Shown here in pieces: positions 1 to 14,649 of a stretch of 64,000 bases of DNA. The stretch lies in the NCBI RefSeq assembly GCF_009914755.1, contig NC_060927.1; one strand, written 5' to 3'. Position 1 is the stretch's first letter. Every line of letters starts with the position of its first letter. The stretch comes from the human T2T-CHM13v2.0 reference genome, Homo sapiens. A program made the translations under genes and the position numbers. Below the pieces are notes generated by a model. It was not told the DNA's origin and did not search any database. It saw only the letters and a program-made list of their open reading frames with translations.

Positions 1-339
1 ATTTGTGTTAGTTTGAGAAAATTAATAGGTATCTCATATGACTTATACCAGAAAATTTAAAAACTATAAACATACAGCCAAGCAAGAAGGCAGTCATTAT
101 GAGTATTTTCAGAGTGTATTGTCTGAGAATACGGTGGCGTTTTCCATTGCTAAAAAGAAATGCACAGTTTTCCACTAGTAACTTGGGAGAAATATTTTTT
201 CAGGTATACAATGCAGGGAGTTACTTGACCTAAAATGGGTACTTAAATTTCATTGATTGTTTAAAGATAAGTAAATAATTTTCCCTTTTTTGCCAGAGTT
301 GTTTTCATGTAACGATACGATACATCTTATAACAATACT

Positions 340-510
340 TCCATTATAACATGCTTTATATGTATTATCTCATTTGATTCAGGTGATGACTATTTTCAAT
401 AGATATTGTTGCTGTCTCCATTTTACAGATGTTATAGGCAAAGTTAAAGGTGTGTAGGCAAGTTACATTGATTCAAAGTGATGGACTTCAAACTCTTTGC
501 CTCTATTTTG
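340..510 (-). mobile_element. MIR SINE fragment
   Basis: Reverse-complement MIR core 'ctccattttacagatg' with flanking degenerate MIR sequence; boundaries approximate. Confidence 0.6.
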
Positions 511-1422
511 TTGGAACATTCATTAAATCATATAGCACCTGCTATGAGTGGAGACTTTCAACTCATAAAGACCAGAACATTTAGGGGACAAAAGTACTCA
601 CAGCACCTGGAACCAAAAAAAAAAAAAAAGAAAGAAAGAAAGAAACAAAAACAAAAAACCTGTTAAAAATTTCTTCATCACAGACAAGACTCTTTCAAGG
701 GTACTGATAGCCATGGGACAGAGGGAAGGACAGGTAAAGTTGATGGGCCAAGGAGAGTAACATCACCTTCCTCAGCCTAAGCTGCAGGATTATAGGAAAA
801 GCTAAGTAGCCTCTGGGTGATAGTACCTGCTTGGGAGAGCCGTTGTGTGAATTCACTTTGTAAGGTCCAAAAATAAATGTGACTTAGATACGTTCACACC
901 ATTCCTCTCTTTCCCTTTTTTCCTGGGTTACCTGCTGTCCACCTAGCTTTGACTATTGCCAATACCCAATGCATGGATGGAATACAGTGAGAAGGAACCT
1001 GCAAGTGTCAATGGAGGCAGAGGCAGAGAACAAGGATGAGAACAACAAATTTTAAAGAAGCTGTCTTGAACATTTGGGGAATAGAGGTTGGTGAGGAGAC
1101 TAGCCAAGATGTTTTGTCTCTCTGTTGTATAACAGAGTGCCCTGTGGCATCTCTTATACAGGTGGCTATACAGTTTTTAATCACTTTTTTAAATGTTGGA
1201 TGAGTATTTCTTTTGATTGCAATAAACTTATGGTGAGACACACTACTAGGTGGCCCAGTTTTATTCAGGATATGTAGGAGATGGAGCTTTATAAAGCTGC
1301 ATTCATGAAGATTCTTACAAAATATTCTCAGGTGGTAACATTTTAATGGGTAAAAATAACACATGCTTTCAAAGAAAAATCTATTATTCAACTTAATATA
1401 ACCAGTTTTATATATACATATA

Positions 1423-1424
<2 letters not shown>

Positions 1425-1461
<37 letters not shown>
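1425..1461. repeat. (CA)18 microsatellite
   Basis: Perfect AC run read directly. Confidence 0.98.
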
Positions 1462-1462
<1 letters not shown>

Positions 1463-1467
1463 CAGAC

Positions 1468-1790
1468 AGAGATACTTTTTGACTTACAATAGGGTTACAT
1501 CCCGATAAACCCATCATAAGTTAAAAATATAGTAAGTCAAAAATTACATTTAATACAGCTAACGAAACCAAATGTCGCAGCTTAGCCCAGCCTAACTTAA
1601 ACATAATGAGATCACTTACCTAGCCTACATTGGTCAAAATCATCTAACATAAAGCCTATTTTATAATAAAGTGCTGAATACCTCATGTAGTTTATTGAAT
1701 ACTGTACAGAAACTTAAAAACAAAATGGTTGTATGGGTATTTGAAGTACAATTTTTACTGAATGTGTATTGTTTTGGGGGACCGTGTGTA
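1468..1790 (+). mobile_element. MER47A (Tigger-family non-autonomous DNA transposon)
   Basis: 'gacttacaatagggttacatcccgataaacccatcataag ... aaaatcatctaacataaagcctattttataataaagtg ... ggggaccgtgtgta' matches the recalled MER47A consensus, with a deletion near the 3' end. Confidence 0.85.
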
Positions 1791-2559
1791 TATGTGTGTG
1801 TGCGTGTGAATTGGAACACACACAGTTGCTTTTGCAGCAGTTTTGAAGTCAAGATACAACATATACTAATATTGGTTTCACAAGGTAAAGGCCATTATTA
1901 TCCCTATGAGAATTCAGTGAGGAAGATACTGCTTTTAGCTGGGTAGAATGAGGTAGATAAAATATATTTTGATTATTTGAATTAGGAGTTTCATGTGATG
2001 AGCTGCATTGCTACATATCTTATTTCTTACTCTTTAAAGAAACCAACAAGCTTTTCATGTCTCTATTACAGAATAAAATAGAGTAATATGCCAACATATA
2101 GACATTTAATTTTGTCAAATCCAACTATGCAAACTTAAAATGAAAGGAAATAGGAGGATATAACAACTTAAATGGCATCAGCAATTTCTCACACTGTTTC
2201 ACCCCAAGAGTGTTAGCCTTAGTGACCTTGAGACAGAAGAAGTGAATCACTTAGTAGATCTCTTTTTATTGTATGCATGACTAGAGGAAGCATCTTAGGG
2301 TGCTGCATGTGAGCATTACGTTTAAGAACACAATGTTGTAGAAGTATTTCTTGTATATTGTGCCAGGGGCTTTGTCTGCTTATCAGTGGTGCAATACATC
2401 ATCCGTGAACTAAGATTTTCATTTTATCATTAATTTGTTATCCTGAGAGTGGCAACTTAGTTTTACTTAAGATAGCTTCCGTAGTTCTAAGCACACGTGG
2501 AGACTCCCTGTTCAGAAGAAAAAGTTCTATGTATTTCCATGTATTTTATTAATGATGAC

Positions 2560-2812
2560 ACCTTTTCCTAAAGTCTCCCCCAAACTGTTTCTTCTCGCTT
2601 CTCATTAGCAAAAATGACATCACATAGCCAAACCAATTCCTGGCAAGGAAAAGGATATCATGATCATTTACTTAGATCAACCGTGATTCAACCATAGACT
2701 TGTGGATGGGCCCATCTTCTATGATGCACATGGCCAGTCAAAGGAAAATTTTGGATTCCAGTAGAAAAAAAAGAAAAGAGATTAAATATTGATTAGGTAG
2801 GTGCTGCAACAT
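2560..2812 (-). mobile_element. Old MaLR LTR fragment (MLT1K/L-like)
   Basis: 'tctcattagcaaaaatgacatcacatagccaaaccaattcctggcaagg' resembles ancient MLT1 LTRs; highly diverged. Confidence 0.45.
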
Positions 2813-3219
2813 ATTTGTTCATTAATGTACTGTAAAGCACTATTTGTATTTCACATTTATACATTCATATTACTTTATAAGATGGTATACATAAGACCAT
2901 GTATATTGTACTTTTTGGGCAATATAAGGACTTTTTGTAGGGCTAATTTTGACTCCAATTTTTGCTATATGATCAGAGTTACACTATAATTCATGAAAAA
3001 GACAAGACTCAACTCTAATATCAATATTAGCCTTAGTTTACCAGTTATCACTATCGGATGTGTCATAAGCATTTGTTTTTAAGGTTGAATAGAGAACCTG
3101 ATTGGGTGCTATAAAAGTCTGATCAACAGCTTAAATGTTTGTTTGTTTGTCTTTCTTAAGGAAAATGAGCATTGAGTTTCTTTCTGTTCCACATTGAATA
3201 AACCTCACCAAATCTATCC

Positions 3220-4185
3220 CTACATTCAGATACTCAGTCCACAAATACTGAGTACCTTCTATGTGCTGACCGCTGTTCTAACCCTCGTGGATACAGTAAT
3301 GAATGAGATAGATAAAGTACTTTTTCTCAAAGAGCTAACATTCTATTGTGAGAAAAAAATAGAATAATCAGAGAAGTCAACAAAAACAAAAAATGTGAGA
3401 TACTGAAGAGCATGTGAGAGCAGGCCAGTGGGTAACTACTTTAGGGGTCAAGGAAGTCCTCTCTGAGGAAGCAGAGTTTAAGCTGAAATCTAAATGACAA
3501 CAAGGAGCCACCATGGAAACACCAGAGAAGTATATTCTAAGCATTGGAAATAGCTGGTGCAAAGACCCTCAGGTGGGAATAAGCTTGAAATGTAGCCAGC
3601 AAGTGGGAAAGAGGAAGATGAGGTCAGAGAGGTATGCGAAGACTAGATCATGTGAGATTATGTAATCCAGGTGAAAAGGATTGATTTTGATTCTGAATAT
3701 AATGGCAAGTCATTGGAAAGATCCACTTGATCAAAAAGTGACAAGGTAACATACTGGATAAGGTATGGGAACAGTATCATAGGGAAACAATTGAAGTACA
3801 ATTAGGCTGTTGTCCAGGTGAGAGGTGACGGTGGGGAAGACCAAACTGGTGTAGTGAAATGTACAAAAATTGAACAGATTCAGGATGTTTGGGAGATAGG
3901 ATGGAAGAAGTGAGGAAATGAGAGAACGGGGTGAACTTTCAAACTTCTGGCTTGAGCTACGGCATAGACGATGAATTTTTCTCAGAGATGTGTAGGAAGC
4001 AGGTTCACTGAGGAGAGAGAGCAGGCAGAATTGAGAGTTTTGTTTTGGTCCTATTGAAATAGAGATGCCTGTCAGACATCCTTGTAGAGATGCCAGATAA
4101 ACAGTTGGATACATCAGCCTGGAGTTCCAGGAAGAGACTAGGCCTGGAGATAAGAGATTTGGTAGTCATCTGCATATAAAAAAGC
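3220..4185 (-). mobile_element. L2 LINE 3' portion
   Basis: L2 antisense hallmarks 'tactgagtaccttctatgtgc', 'ttaagctgaaatctaaatga', 'agatgcctgtcagacatcc', 'cctggagatataagatttggtagtcatc'-like segment. Confidence 0.85.
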
Positions 4186-4924
4186 AAAGAAGTGCCCACA
4201 CAGTTATTTTAATTAATTCCACAGAGCCTTCTAAAGTATAATTTGGAGAACTGAAAATTGATGGGTACTTATTTATTGAAACATTTGTCTTGAAAATTTG
4301 TTGACAACACAATTGCTGAGAAATTAATTGATAGTTCATGACAAGCAGTGACGGCTCATTTCCTCAAAGTTTCCCTAAAAGACAAAGAAAGTTTTATGTT
4401 ATTAGCTTTGGCTTGCTTTGAAAATTTGTTTTTGCACATCACTGTTTTGGGTTAGCAATAAAATTCTCTGCATTTGCTTCATAAATCAAACAAGGACACA
4501 ATTGTTAAATAGTCTGTATCATATTAATTAGGCTCTGAAACAAAGCAAGCATTACAGCCATTTATAACAGGGTATTGCATAAGTTGCTAATCAATGAGAA
4601 AAGCAACTAATTAACAAGCAACCAGTCAGCATTTTGAGCAGAAGTTGGTGACTTTCAGCTTAATTAAACCTTGCAGGTGTCAGTGATGATATGAAAGAAT
4701 CTTTAATCTGTTTGTGTTGAAATTCCCCCAGATCATTTTCACATCTGTACATGTTTAAAGCCCCTATCTACTTTCATGTAGGTAAAGGGAATTCAGTGTC
4801 TTAAAACAGTTCACATTTTTAAAAGCCCTATTCTTAATTAAATCATTAAGATTTCTCCTGGATTAAGACAGTGGAATGAAGTTCATCATCTATTTCACTC
4901 TAAAAAAAAACTTAGAGGGCTAAG

Positions 4925-5035
4925 CAGCTTTATTGAAGTATAATTTATATACCCTAAAGTATACTTGTTTCAAGGGTAAAATTTAATGATTTTAAGTAAA
5001 TGTATAGAGTTGTGCAATTATTTCCAGAGTATAAT
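4925..5035 (-). mobile_element. Old L1M 3' end fragment
   Basis: 'agctttattgaagtataatttatatac ... atagagttgtgcaa' is a typical L1MB/MC 3' end in antisense. Confidence 0.6.
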
Positions 5036-5341
5036 TAGAATAAAGGAAATTTTAAAGTTTGGACAAATTTATCCATGAGGTATCAAAATTAGCTTGTGAG
5101 GGAGGCTAGATATACCTAGCCTTTAGGAATGACCTATAAAAGCACTGATACATCTTTCCTTCTAGCCTTCAAGTGTTTCCAACCATCTGCTACAGCTACC
5201 ATCAAAAACAGGATTCTAAATGGGATGAATCAAGGATTAAGAGTAATCTATTCCTTAAATAACTTTTAAAATACCATAAATTCCTCTTTAATTACAGTAG
5301 ATTATTTGGCAAAATTAAGAATACTAGTTCCTCAGGCTGCC

Positions 5342-6010
5342 TTTTTTTTTTTTTTAACATTAAGTTCCGGTATACATGTGCAGAATGTGCAGTTTGTTAC
5401 ATAGGTATATGTGTGCCATGGTGCCTTGCTGCACCTATTGATCCGTCATCTAGCTGCCCTCCCCTAACCCCCCATCCCCCCAACAGGCCCAGTGTGTGTT
5501 GTTCCCCTCCCTGTGTCCATGTGTTCTCATTGTTCAACTCCCACTTATGAGTGAGAACATGCGGTATTTGGTTTTCTGTTCTTGTGTCAGTTTGCTGAGG
5601 ATGATGCTTTCCAGCTTCATCCATGATCTCATTCCTTTTTATGGCTGCATAGTATTCCATGGTGTATATGTACCACATTTTCTTTTTCCAGTCTATCATT
5701 GTTGGTCATTCAGGTTAGTTTCATGTCTTTGCTGTTGTGAATAGTGCTGAAATAAACATACATGTGCATATGTCTTTATAGTAGAATGATTTATATTCCT
5801 TTGGGTATATACCCAGTAATGGGATTGCTGGGTCAAATGGCATTTCTAGTTCTAGATCCTTGAGGAATCGCCACACTGTCTTCCACAATGGTTGAACTCA
5901 TTTACATTTCCACCAACAGTATAAAAGCATTCCTATTTCTCCATAGTGTCACCAGCGTCTATTGTTTCTTGACTTTTTAATAATCGCCATTCTGACTGTC
6001 ATGAGATGGT
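5342..6010 (-). mobile_element. L1PA (approx. PA7-8) 3' segment with poly(A), part of a 5'-inverted insertion
   Basis: Poly-T at 5342-5355, L1 3'UTR, and ORF2 C-terminal peptide (KMWYIYTMEYYAAIKRNE) on the minus strand. Confidence 0.93.
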
Positions 6011-7043
<1,033 letters not shown>

Positions 7044-7559
7044 GAGAAATGCCCTTTTTTTAAAGGGATAGTTCTCTCATGGCTAATTCAAGGAATACAA
7101 GGATTCTTTCATAATGATAATGTCTCTATTTCTTCTCGGTTATAATCTCTGTGCAAGATGATGTCATTTTCAAAAAGTTGGAAATGGGCAAACACTTGTA
7201 TTTGAGATTTAAATAAGTATGCATATAAAAAATATTTGTCATATTGAGCACATTACAACAATTATTTCAAATTTCCAAGAGATGGATGATGATTTGTTGA
7301 ATGGAAGTAGAAAATATTAAGTAAAATAGCAGCCATCACTTTCTATGTGCCAGAAACTGTTCTGAGCACTATCCACACACTTAGGACAGTGCCTTAAACA
7401 CTGTATATGTAGTAGTTAGAACAGATACATGTTTACATGTAATATGGGATAGGTATGGGGGAATGGATAATGCTTAGAACCATCCTGGCACATAGAAAGT
7501 GATGGAAAACAGTTCTTAGAACAATTCCTGGGACATAGAAAGTGTTGTAAAAATTAAAT

Positions 7560-7720
7560 GTGGGTATATATATATATGGAATATGCATGTATATGTGTAT
7601 AAATAATATATGTATATGTGTGTATGTATGTATAATATGTGTATATGTGTAAATATGTGTGTATGTACATATATCATTATACATTTTGTATATATACATG
7701 TTTACGTATACACATATTAT
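7560..7720. repeat. TA/TG-rich low-complexity tract
   Basis: Degenerate (TA)/(TG) repeats. Confidence 0.85.
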
Positions 7721-7834
7721 TACAAATGTTTGCTCTATATAAATAAGCTATATGTGGGATATCCAATATAAATATCTATTCTATAAGATTGTTGTAAAAA
7801 GTAAATGAGCATCCATATGTACATGTATATACAC

Positions 7835-8005
7835 ACTCACTTCATTTTTACAACAACCTATGAAATAGGTATATTGATCCTATTCCAGAAACTAAGAAAC
7901 TGAGCCTCATAAATTAAACAGTTTGCTCAAGGTGCCCCAAATAGTAGCACAGCGGGGATAATTAACACAGAAAGTCAGGCTCTGGAGTCATTGCTCTTAT
8001 TTAAT
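7835..8005 (-). mobile_element. MIR
   Basis: 'acaacaacctatgaaataggt ... gaaactgag ... ttgctcaaggt ... ctctggagtcattgctctta'. Confidence 0.7.
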
Positions 8006-8184
8006 CAGTATCTCCTACTGGAAATTTTGATTATCAATATTGTTCATATCATATGGCTTCAATTGTTTATCATTAGTGAAACCTACAATGTTTCATTCAG
8101 TGTTCCAATCTAATAAAACAATTTGTGTCTGCTCTGACATACTTCTCTTAAAAATGTCAGGTATTTTCAGACACATTGGCAACC

Positions 8185-8320
8185 TGGTATTGTGGAAGGA
8201 GTGGTAAGTTTGGAATCTGGAGACTTAGGTTAGAAGTGATAGATCTTCCAACAGATCATTGCAGAGACTGGGAAATTATTTAGGCTCACCAAACCAGTTA
8301 TCTGTAAAATACAGGATATG
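8185..8320 (+). mobile_element. MIR fragment
   Basis: 'tttggaatctggagacttaggtt ... tatctgtaaaat'. Confidence 0.55.
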
Positions 8321-9535
8321 TTCCTTGACCTTATACCTCTCTGTTGTGCCTTCATAATAATGAGACAGTAGCACTTATATTGCCTGAGAGTTTCTGTTTA
8401 CTTGAGTATCTCTTCATAAAGTGTAAGTTCTTTAAGGGCAGGGACCCTGTCTTTTTTACTTTGTGTCTTCAGCATCCTTTAGGCTACTCCCTGTCGTCTC
8501 AGAAGCACATACTAAATAAGTGCAGAAGCAAACTATAAAAGAAGAGAAAATATCATGATTCCCAAAACAGTTTTCATCAGGATCAAATGTAAATGAAATT
8601 CCGTTCCTGGGCTCTTGCTACCAGCTGGCCTATGACTAAAACACCAGGCTGGTGCTGCTTCTAGTAGCAATAGACATTGACTGAAAGGCATGGAAGCAAC
8701 CTAGAAATTGCATTGATTGTAAATATTTTCAAATGAATATCTTGAAGAATGGATTCAAAACATTCCATTATCCATCTATGGGGAAAATATTTGCAGCCTC
8801 TGTATATACCTTTATTTTGTGTTTCTGTTATCTCTTAGAGTCTTTCAAAATTGTTGATCAGAGACAAAGGGTGGCTGTTGGATCATAATTGTAAAATGAT
8901 GGACATCAGAAGAACTATTTAGTTAAGTAATGAGAGAAGGAGCAAGTCCTGTAGAACTTAGTTCTAGGATATCACACAGCACATTTCAGGACTCTTCTTT
9001 AAATCCTTAAGGAGAGGTCTTTTCATTTGCCTGACGAAGAACATGAGGGAACAAGCACTTTTTCCTTGAAATGTTTTTTGTACTGATCAGATCTGCTAAT
9101 AACGCAACATAGACAGACTACCAGGAATGCAACTGCTTATATCCTCTCTGTTCACAAAACATTGCAGTGCATTTGTTGTGCCTTCATTTTCCTCATCAGA
9201 ACTCAGAGCTCATGACTTTAACCCTTTTCAGTTTTGGAATCAGTTGTTTCTAAGATAGGGGCTATGCTTTGTTTCTGTACCTGGTACTTTTTTCCCCTGG
9301 CATAAATGAAAATATCTCTTCAAATATGTACCCAAGTAGTAATATACTCTGTCCCAGTCCCTGGAGAGCTGTACAAACTGGAGGTAAGCCAGTCATTCAT
9401 TTGATTATATTAAGATTCAATGTTTAAAAGCAGGACAATGCCATACCATATGAAATCATATTTTACTTCTCACTTACTTTAGCTCAGTTACTTTGGTGAT
9501 GCAGAAAGTGGTTTTGAATTTAAGATAGGCATTCA

Positions 9536-9835
9536 GGCTGGAGGCAGGGGCTCACACCTGTAATCTCAGCACTTGAGGAAGCTGAGGTAGGTGGATTGCC
9601 TGAGCACACGAGTTCAAGACCAGCCTGGGCAACACAGCAAAACCCTGTATCTATGAAAATACAAAAAATAAGCCAGGCATGGTGGCATGTGCCTGTAGTC
9701 CCAGCTACATGGGAGGCTAAGGTAGGAGGATCACCTGAGCCCAGCAGGTTGAGGCTGCAGTCAGCCATGATCGTGCCACTGTGCTCCAGCCTGGGGAACA
9801 GAGGGAGACCCTGTATCCAAAAATATATATATATA
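9536..9835 (+). mobile_element. AluJ (Jb-like)
   Basis: J diagnostics 'gcctgggcaaca', 'ggaggatcacctgagccc', 'gaggctgcagt'; tail decayed to (TA)n. Confidence 0.92.
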
Positions 9836-10249
9836 TTTATTAAGGGTCCATAGAAATCTAGGTTATAGAATAGGTTATATCATAAAATATTAGCCTCATA
9901 CCTTCATTCTACTCATAAAAGACTTAGCTGTATAAAATAAATATTGCCACAGGTTGAGTTTAATGCTTTCTAATTGCTTGGCTTTCAGTGAAGAATCTCT
10001 TTACACAAGAATGTCCTTGTGTGCGGAATAAATCGGACTTTAGAAAATCTGAAAACCTCATTTACACAGAAATATGCACATCCCTGGACTCTATACAGCC
10101 CCCCTCCTGTGTAATTATTCTTCCTTTGACACAAAGCACTCTAATTCCAGAATGCCTGTGTTAAAAATTAAAGTTGGTTAGGTGTGATTTTTCCTTTCGG
10201 ATCCTCTTCTGGACATTGAACAAAAGGAGACTATACATTTAAAAGACAC

Positions 10250-10470
10250 AAACCTAAACATGAAGTAAGAAAGACTTGAAATTTGGCTCTAGAAAGTACA
10301 TATTTGAGGCTGAGTAGGTTATTTTAACTCACCAAATCTTAATTTCATCCTTTGTAAAATGAAATGATGAAAATAATACTTGCCTTATAAGCTTGTCTGG
10401 AAAGTTGACTTAGACAGGTCCTGCAAAAATCTTGGCATGTTCGTGGACACATAGAAAGTTCTCAGTTAAC
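10250..10470 (+). mobile_element. MIR
   Basis: 'tttcatcctttgtaaaatgaaatgatgaaaataatacttgccttata ... gacacatagaaag'. Confidence 0.6.
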
Positions 10471-10715
10471 GTTAAGCAGCCCCCTGTTCTCGCGTCTTCC
10501 TCCTCACCTTCTCATCGCTGATGTATATGAAAGTATAACATGCAGCAAGGGAACTAGACTGAGTCTGCCTCAACACATTCTGGAAGGAAGTATTCTGTTC
10601 TGCCTATGCTCCTTTCCACAAGTTTTATTCTAATCGTCAGATGTGTTCTACTTCATCTGAGTAATTGTTTGTGATAACACCTGGAGAGGTCTTAACTTTT
10701 GTATCTTATAAAAAC

Positions 10716-10980
10716 ACCAAACACCACATGTTCTCACTCATAAGTGGGAGTTGAACAATGAGAACACATGGTCACAGGTCACAGTAAGGGGAATGTCACA
10801 CACCGGGGCCTGTCGGGGGGTGGGGGGCTAGTGGAGGGATAGCATTAGGAGAAATACCTAATGTAGATGACCGGTTGATGGGTGCAGCAAACCACCATGG
10901 CACGTGTATACCTATGTAACAAACCTGCACGTTCTGCACATGTACCCCAGAACTTAAAGTATAATAAAAAAATTAAAAAT
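10716..10980 (+). mobile_element. 5'-truncated L1PA (3'UTR only, approx. PA5-6)
   Basis: L1 3'UTR with G-rich tract and A-tail; TSD aaaacaccaaa at 10711-10721 and 10981-10991. Confidence 0.93.
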
Positions 10981-11665
10981 AAAACACCAAAATATTAAGT
11001 GGGGAGTGACTTAATGAACCCCATGGAATGAGAACGAAATACAATGTATATGCATTTAACTTGTACAGTTGTAAGCAGCATTTTTCAGTGGGCTGTGATA
11101 TTAATTCCATTTCACAAAAGAATTTGTGAGACTCTCAAGCAGGTATGGCCAAGAGAATGATCCTCATTCTGATTTAGCTTCTCAGAAGATTGATGTTCTC
11201 TCTGGGATCTTTTGTGTGTCCAGCATGGTACTTGCAGCAGACCATTATGTGCTGTCATGCTGCTTCTTGATATCCAGACTCGGTGTGCTCTGCAGAACTG
11301 CAGCCTCGCTACATGTTTCAGTGCAGGAAATTCACATTAAGGGATCCTTTTCCAGAGAGATTGCTCAGGCAATTTCAGTTCCATCTCTGTTTTAAATGTT
11401 GGAAAACACCCCCTTTCTCTCAGTCTACCCTTGCTCTGCATGCCTATCTTTTGCTTTGCTGTTTCTAGATTCTGCGTTTGGTTATGTATCCTGTACTCAC
11501 TATGGCAGTAGGAGGAGATTTAATATTTATTACCTTTTGGTGGGAAGAATAACTTCCAGATGAAAGTCCAGCTGAAAACATAGTCTCCTTTGGACAAGAA
11601 TATAAAGACTTCAGTCTGCCAGAGTAGCATTACTAGACACCTGGCTGCAGGAAATGTGATGTTAC

Positions 11666-11894
11666 TTTTTTGACATCTCTGCTCACTGCAACTTCTGCCA
11701 CCCGGGTTCCAGTGATTCTCGTGCCTCAACTCCCCAAGCAGTTGGGATTACAAGTGTGTGCCACCACGCCCAGCTAATTTTTTGTATTTTTAGTAGAGAT
11801 GGGTTGGACAGGCTGGTCTCGAACTCCTGACCTCAGCCCACCTCGGCCTCCCAGAGCTTGCTGGGATTACAGGTGTGAGCCACCACGCTCAGCT
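11666..11894 (-). mobile_element. AluS with several internal deletions
   Basis: Both arms recognisable; about 40 nt near the 3' end and two short left-arm blocks are missing. Confidence 0.88.
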
Positions 11895-11964
11895 GGACAA
11901 GCAAGTTTTGAAGCAGAGGAGTTGTCTGCAAAATCTGGAATATGGGGGCAGTTATGGAGAAATA

Positions 11965-12200
11965 ATAATTAGTACTGTTCATTGAATGTTTTAATGTTTG
12001 CCAGACCTTTTGAGTTCTTCATATACATTATCTTAGCCTACCTAAAGCAACCATGTAAGGATGTGTGTTAATATATCCATTTACAGATGAAGTAATGGAA
12101 ACTCAGATAAGTAGATATTTCATGCAAGATCACGCAGCTGGTGTGGAAAAGCTGAGATCTGAGACTGGTGCACTCTGACTCAAAAGCCAGCACTCTTAGG
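11965..12200 (-). mobile_element. MIR
   Basis: 'tccatttacagatgaagtaatggaaactcaga ... caagatcacgcagctgg ... ctctgactcaaaagcc'. Confidence 0.8.
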
Positions 12201-13179
12201 GATTAGATTTCCTTGTGTGAAAAATAGGTCATATGAGAATGATGGAAGCATATAGCTACTTTTCTTTTTCACCAAATACTAATTCTGCATATACACATAA
12301 TAAAGTAGTTTTTCTGTAGCTATCAAGGACTTACCTGAAAAGGAAAGGGTGACATCAGAAATCCATGCTGTGTTGTGGGGGCATATTTACTCTCACCTTA
12401 ATAAATGCTGCAAAGCATTATAGAAAACTACTTCCCTGCTCATGGTAATATGACAAAATCCTTTCATCTTCACGTTTTTCAAAAGTGATATTCTGGTGGG
12501 CCTGCAAATAGTAAATATTAGCTTCTTGAAAGATCCTTTATGGAGACTAATTTTTTTTTTTTTCATTTTTATTCTCATGGTTTTTTTCCCTGATTTTCTA
12601 CCCTCTTGTTTTGCCCATTCATGGTCCATATATTTTTGTCATTTTAACTCCTCATCCTGAAGCACAGCAATCATTTCTGAGTTTTATGGATCACCGCACA
12701 GATATTCTGGTGGTAGGCGATTAATCCTTATCCAACCACACAGCAGTTTTACCTAGGCTTTGGGATGATATTTAGCTGTTACTGTGGAGCTTCCTACTGG
12801 AATCTAGAGAACAGAGGGGCAGGGGAGGTCAGAGGATAGGTAAACATAAATCAGGTTTGTGCAAACAAGCATGATGAATGCTAGTTCCCAAAGTGCTCTG
12901 CCTTTTGTCAAACTTATATATTAGGAGAGAGGGTTGTGTGGCATGAATGATGAATCATAAAACTGCTCTCTCTGGTGAAAGGGCAAGCATAGAAACCACT
13001 GTAGTAACACGGTAGCTTGGATGCATCATAGGGCTTGGGAATACAGAGTGGAAAACAGTAATATGTGTATCAGCCTGAATGAAACAGTAAGGAGAACAGA
13101 GCAGAGTGTCCCCTGACTAGGAAATCCAGATCAGTCAAAAGGAAGTGAGTTTGGAGAAGCAAAACAAGATACAGTACGT

Positions 13180-13612
13180 CAGGGTTTCTTAACCAGGCCT
13201 CACACATAGAAAAAAACAAAACAAAACAAAAAAACCCTGTCTGTTCATTTACCATTTACTGAAATTTAGCTGTTTCTTCAATTATTAATGAGATAATCAT
13301 GGAATTTTGATCAGCTACAGTGGCTTTACCACTACCAGAAGTAACTGATTGATTTCTTCATATATATCTCAAAATATTGTTTATGCCATTCACTACTTTG
13401 AAATTTCAGTAGCTATTACATTCACCACTAGAAACATATATTTTATTACAAAATTTAAAAATACTTTTAAAATTGTTCTTCAGTATAAATTGTTGTCTTT
13501 GTAATTCTGTGTATGTTATTTTATGCACTAGAAAATACTATCCTGAAAAAGCATTCATAGGTTTCACCAGTACACTAAAAGGGTCCAGGAAAGAAACAAA
13601 AAGTGTGAACTC
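13180..13612 (+). mobile_element. hAT-Charlie DNA transposon remnant (Charlie4z-like)
   Basis: 5' 'cagggtttcttaacc' and 3' 'cataggtttcaccagtacactaaaagggtcca...aaaaagtgtgaactc' resemble Charlie termini. Confidence 0.5.
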
Positions 13613-13930
13613 TTATGGTCGATATGCTGTTTTTAATGTTAGGTGAGATTCAGCTTTTTAAGAATTTAATTTTTAGAAAGCTTGAGAGAGAAAAATTTCT
13701 ACTTTGATATATTCAGTACAATATATTTTGCCACAAGTCAGCATCTACCATGAATAAAAATTAATTTGGGGACTAATGCCTTACCTTCTACTTGTCAACC
13801 TTGCAACCTGCCTGTCAACATGAGACCATGGCAAGCTTTTCAGATTAATCAGTGCTAATTCAGCTCCCATTTCCTTTACTTGTATTATACAGATAAAGTT
13901 TGCAATGAGATTAAGAGTCTTGGCTCTTAA

Positions 13931-14250
<320 letters not shown>

Positions 14251-14649
14251 CTCTGATTCTTAATTTTAGCTGTACTACTTAATTATATATGTGAAACTAG
14301 ATATATTATTTTATCTCCCTAAGCCTCAGTTTACTCATAATGTGAGTAATAATAGTAGCTACCTTATAGGGATGTGGTGAAGGCTAAATGCAATAAAGAG
14401 AACTTAAAACAGTAAAAATACATAGTAAGAGCTTAATCCATAATTGCCAGTATTGTTTTCAGTACATACTGTAATCGTGCTTAATAAGAATTGTAACCCA
14501 CTGCCATCTTCATCCTCCAAAAAGGTAGTGGGTCTCTAAAAATCCATGCACACCTCCCACAACGCCACAAGAGCAGACTTCTGGGACCCTGGACATCTTG
14601 GGACCTCTTCATAGGATGGCTTGTATATTCTATTCTAAAACTATTTGCA

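Noticed and set aside
1008-1517. 169-aa minus-strand ORF
   Set aside because: Starts in MER47A and reads through a (TG)n repeat (VCVCVC); no recognisable domain
9231-9389. Possible exon (ccttttcag acceptor to gag|gtaagc donor)
   Set aside because: Splice-like motifs only; no recognisable protein or partner exon
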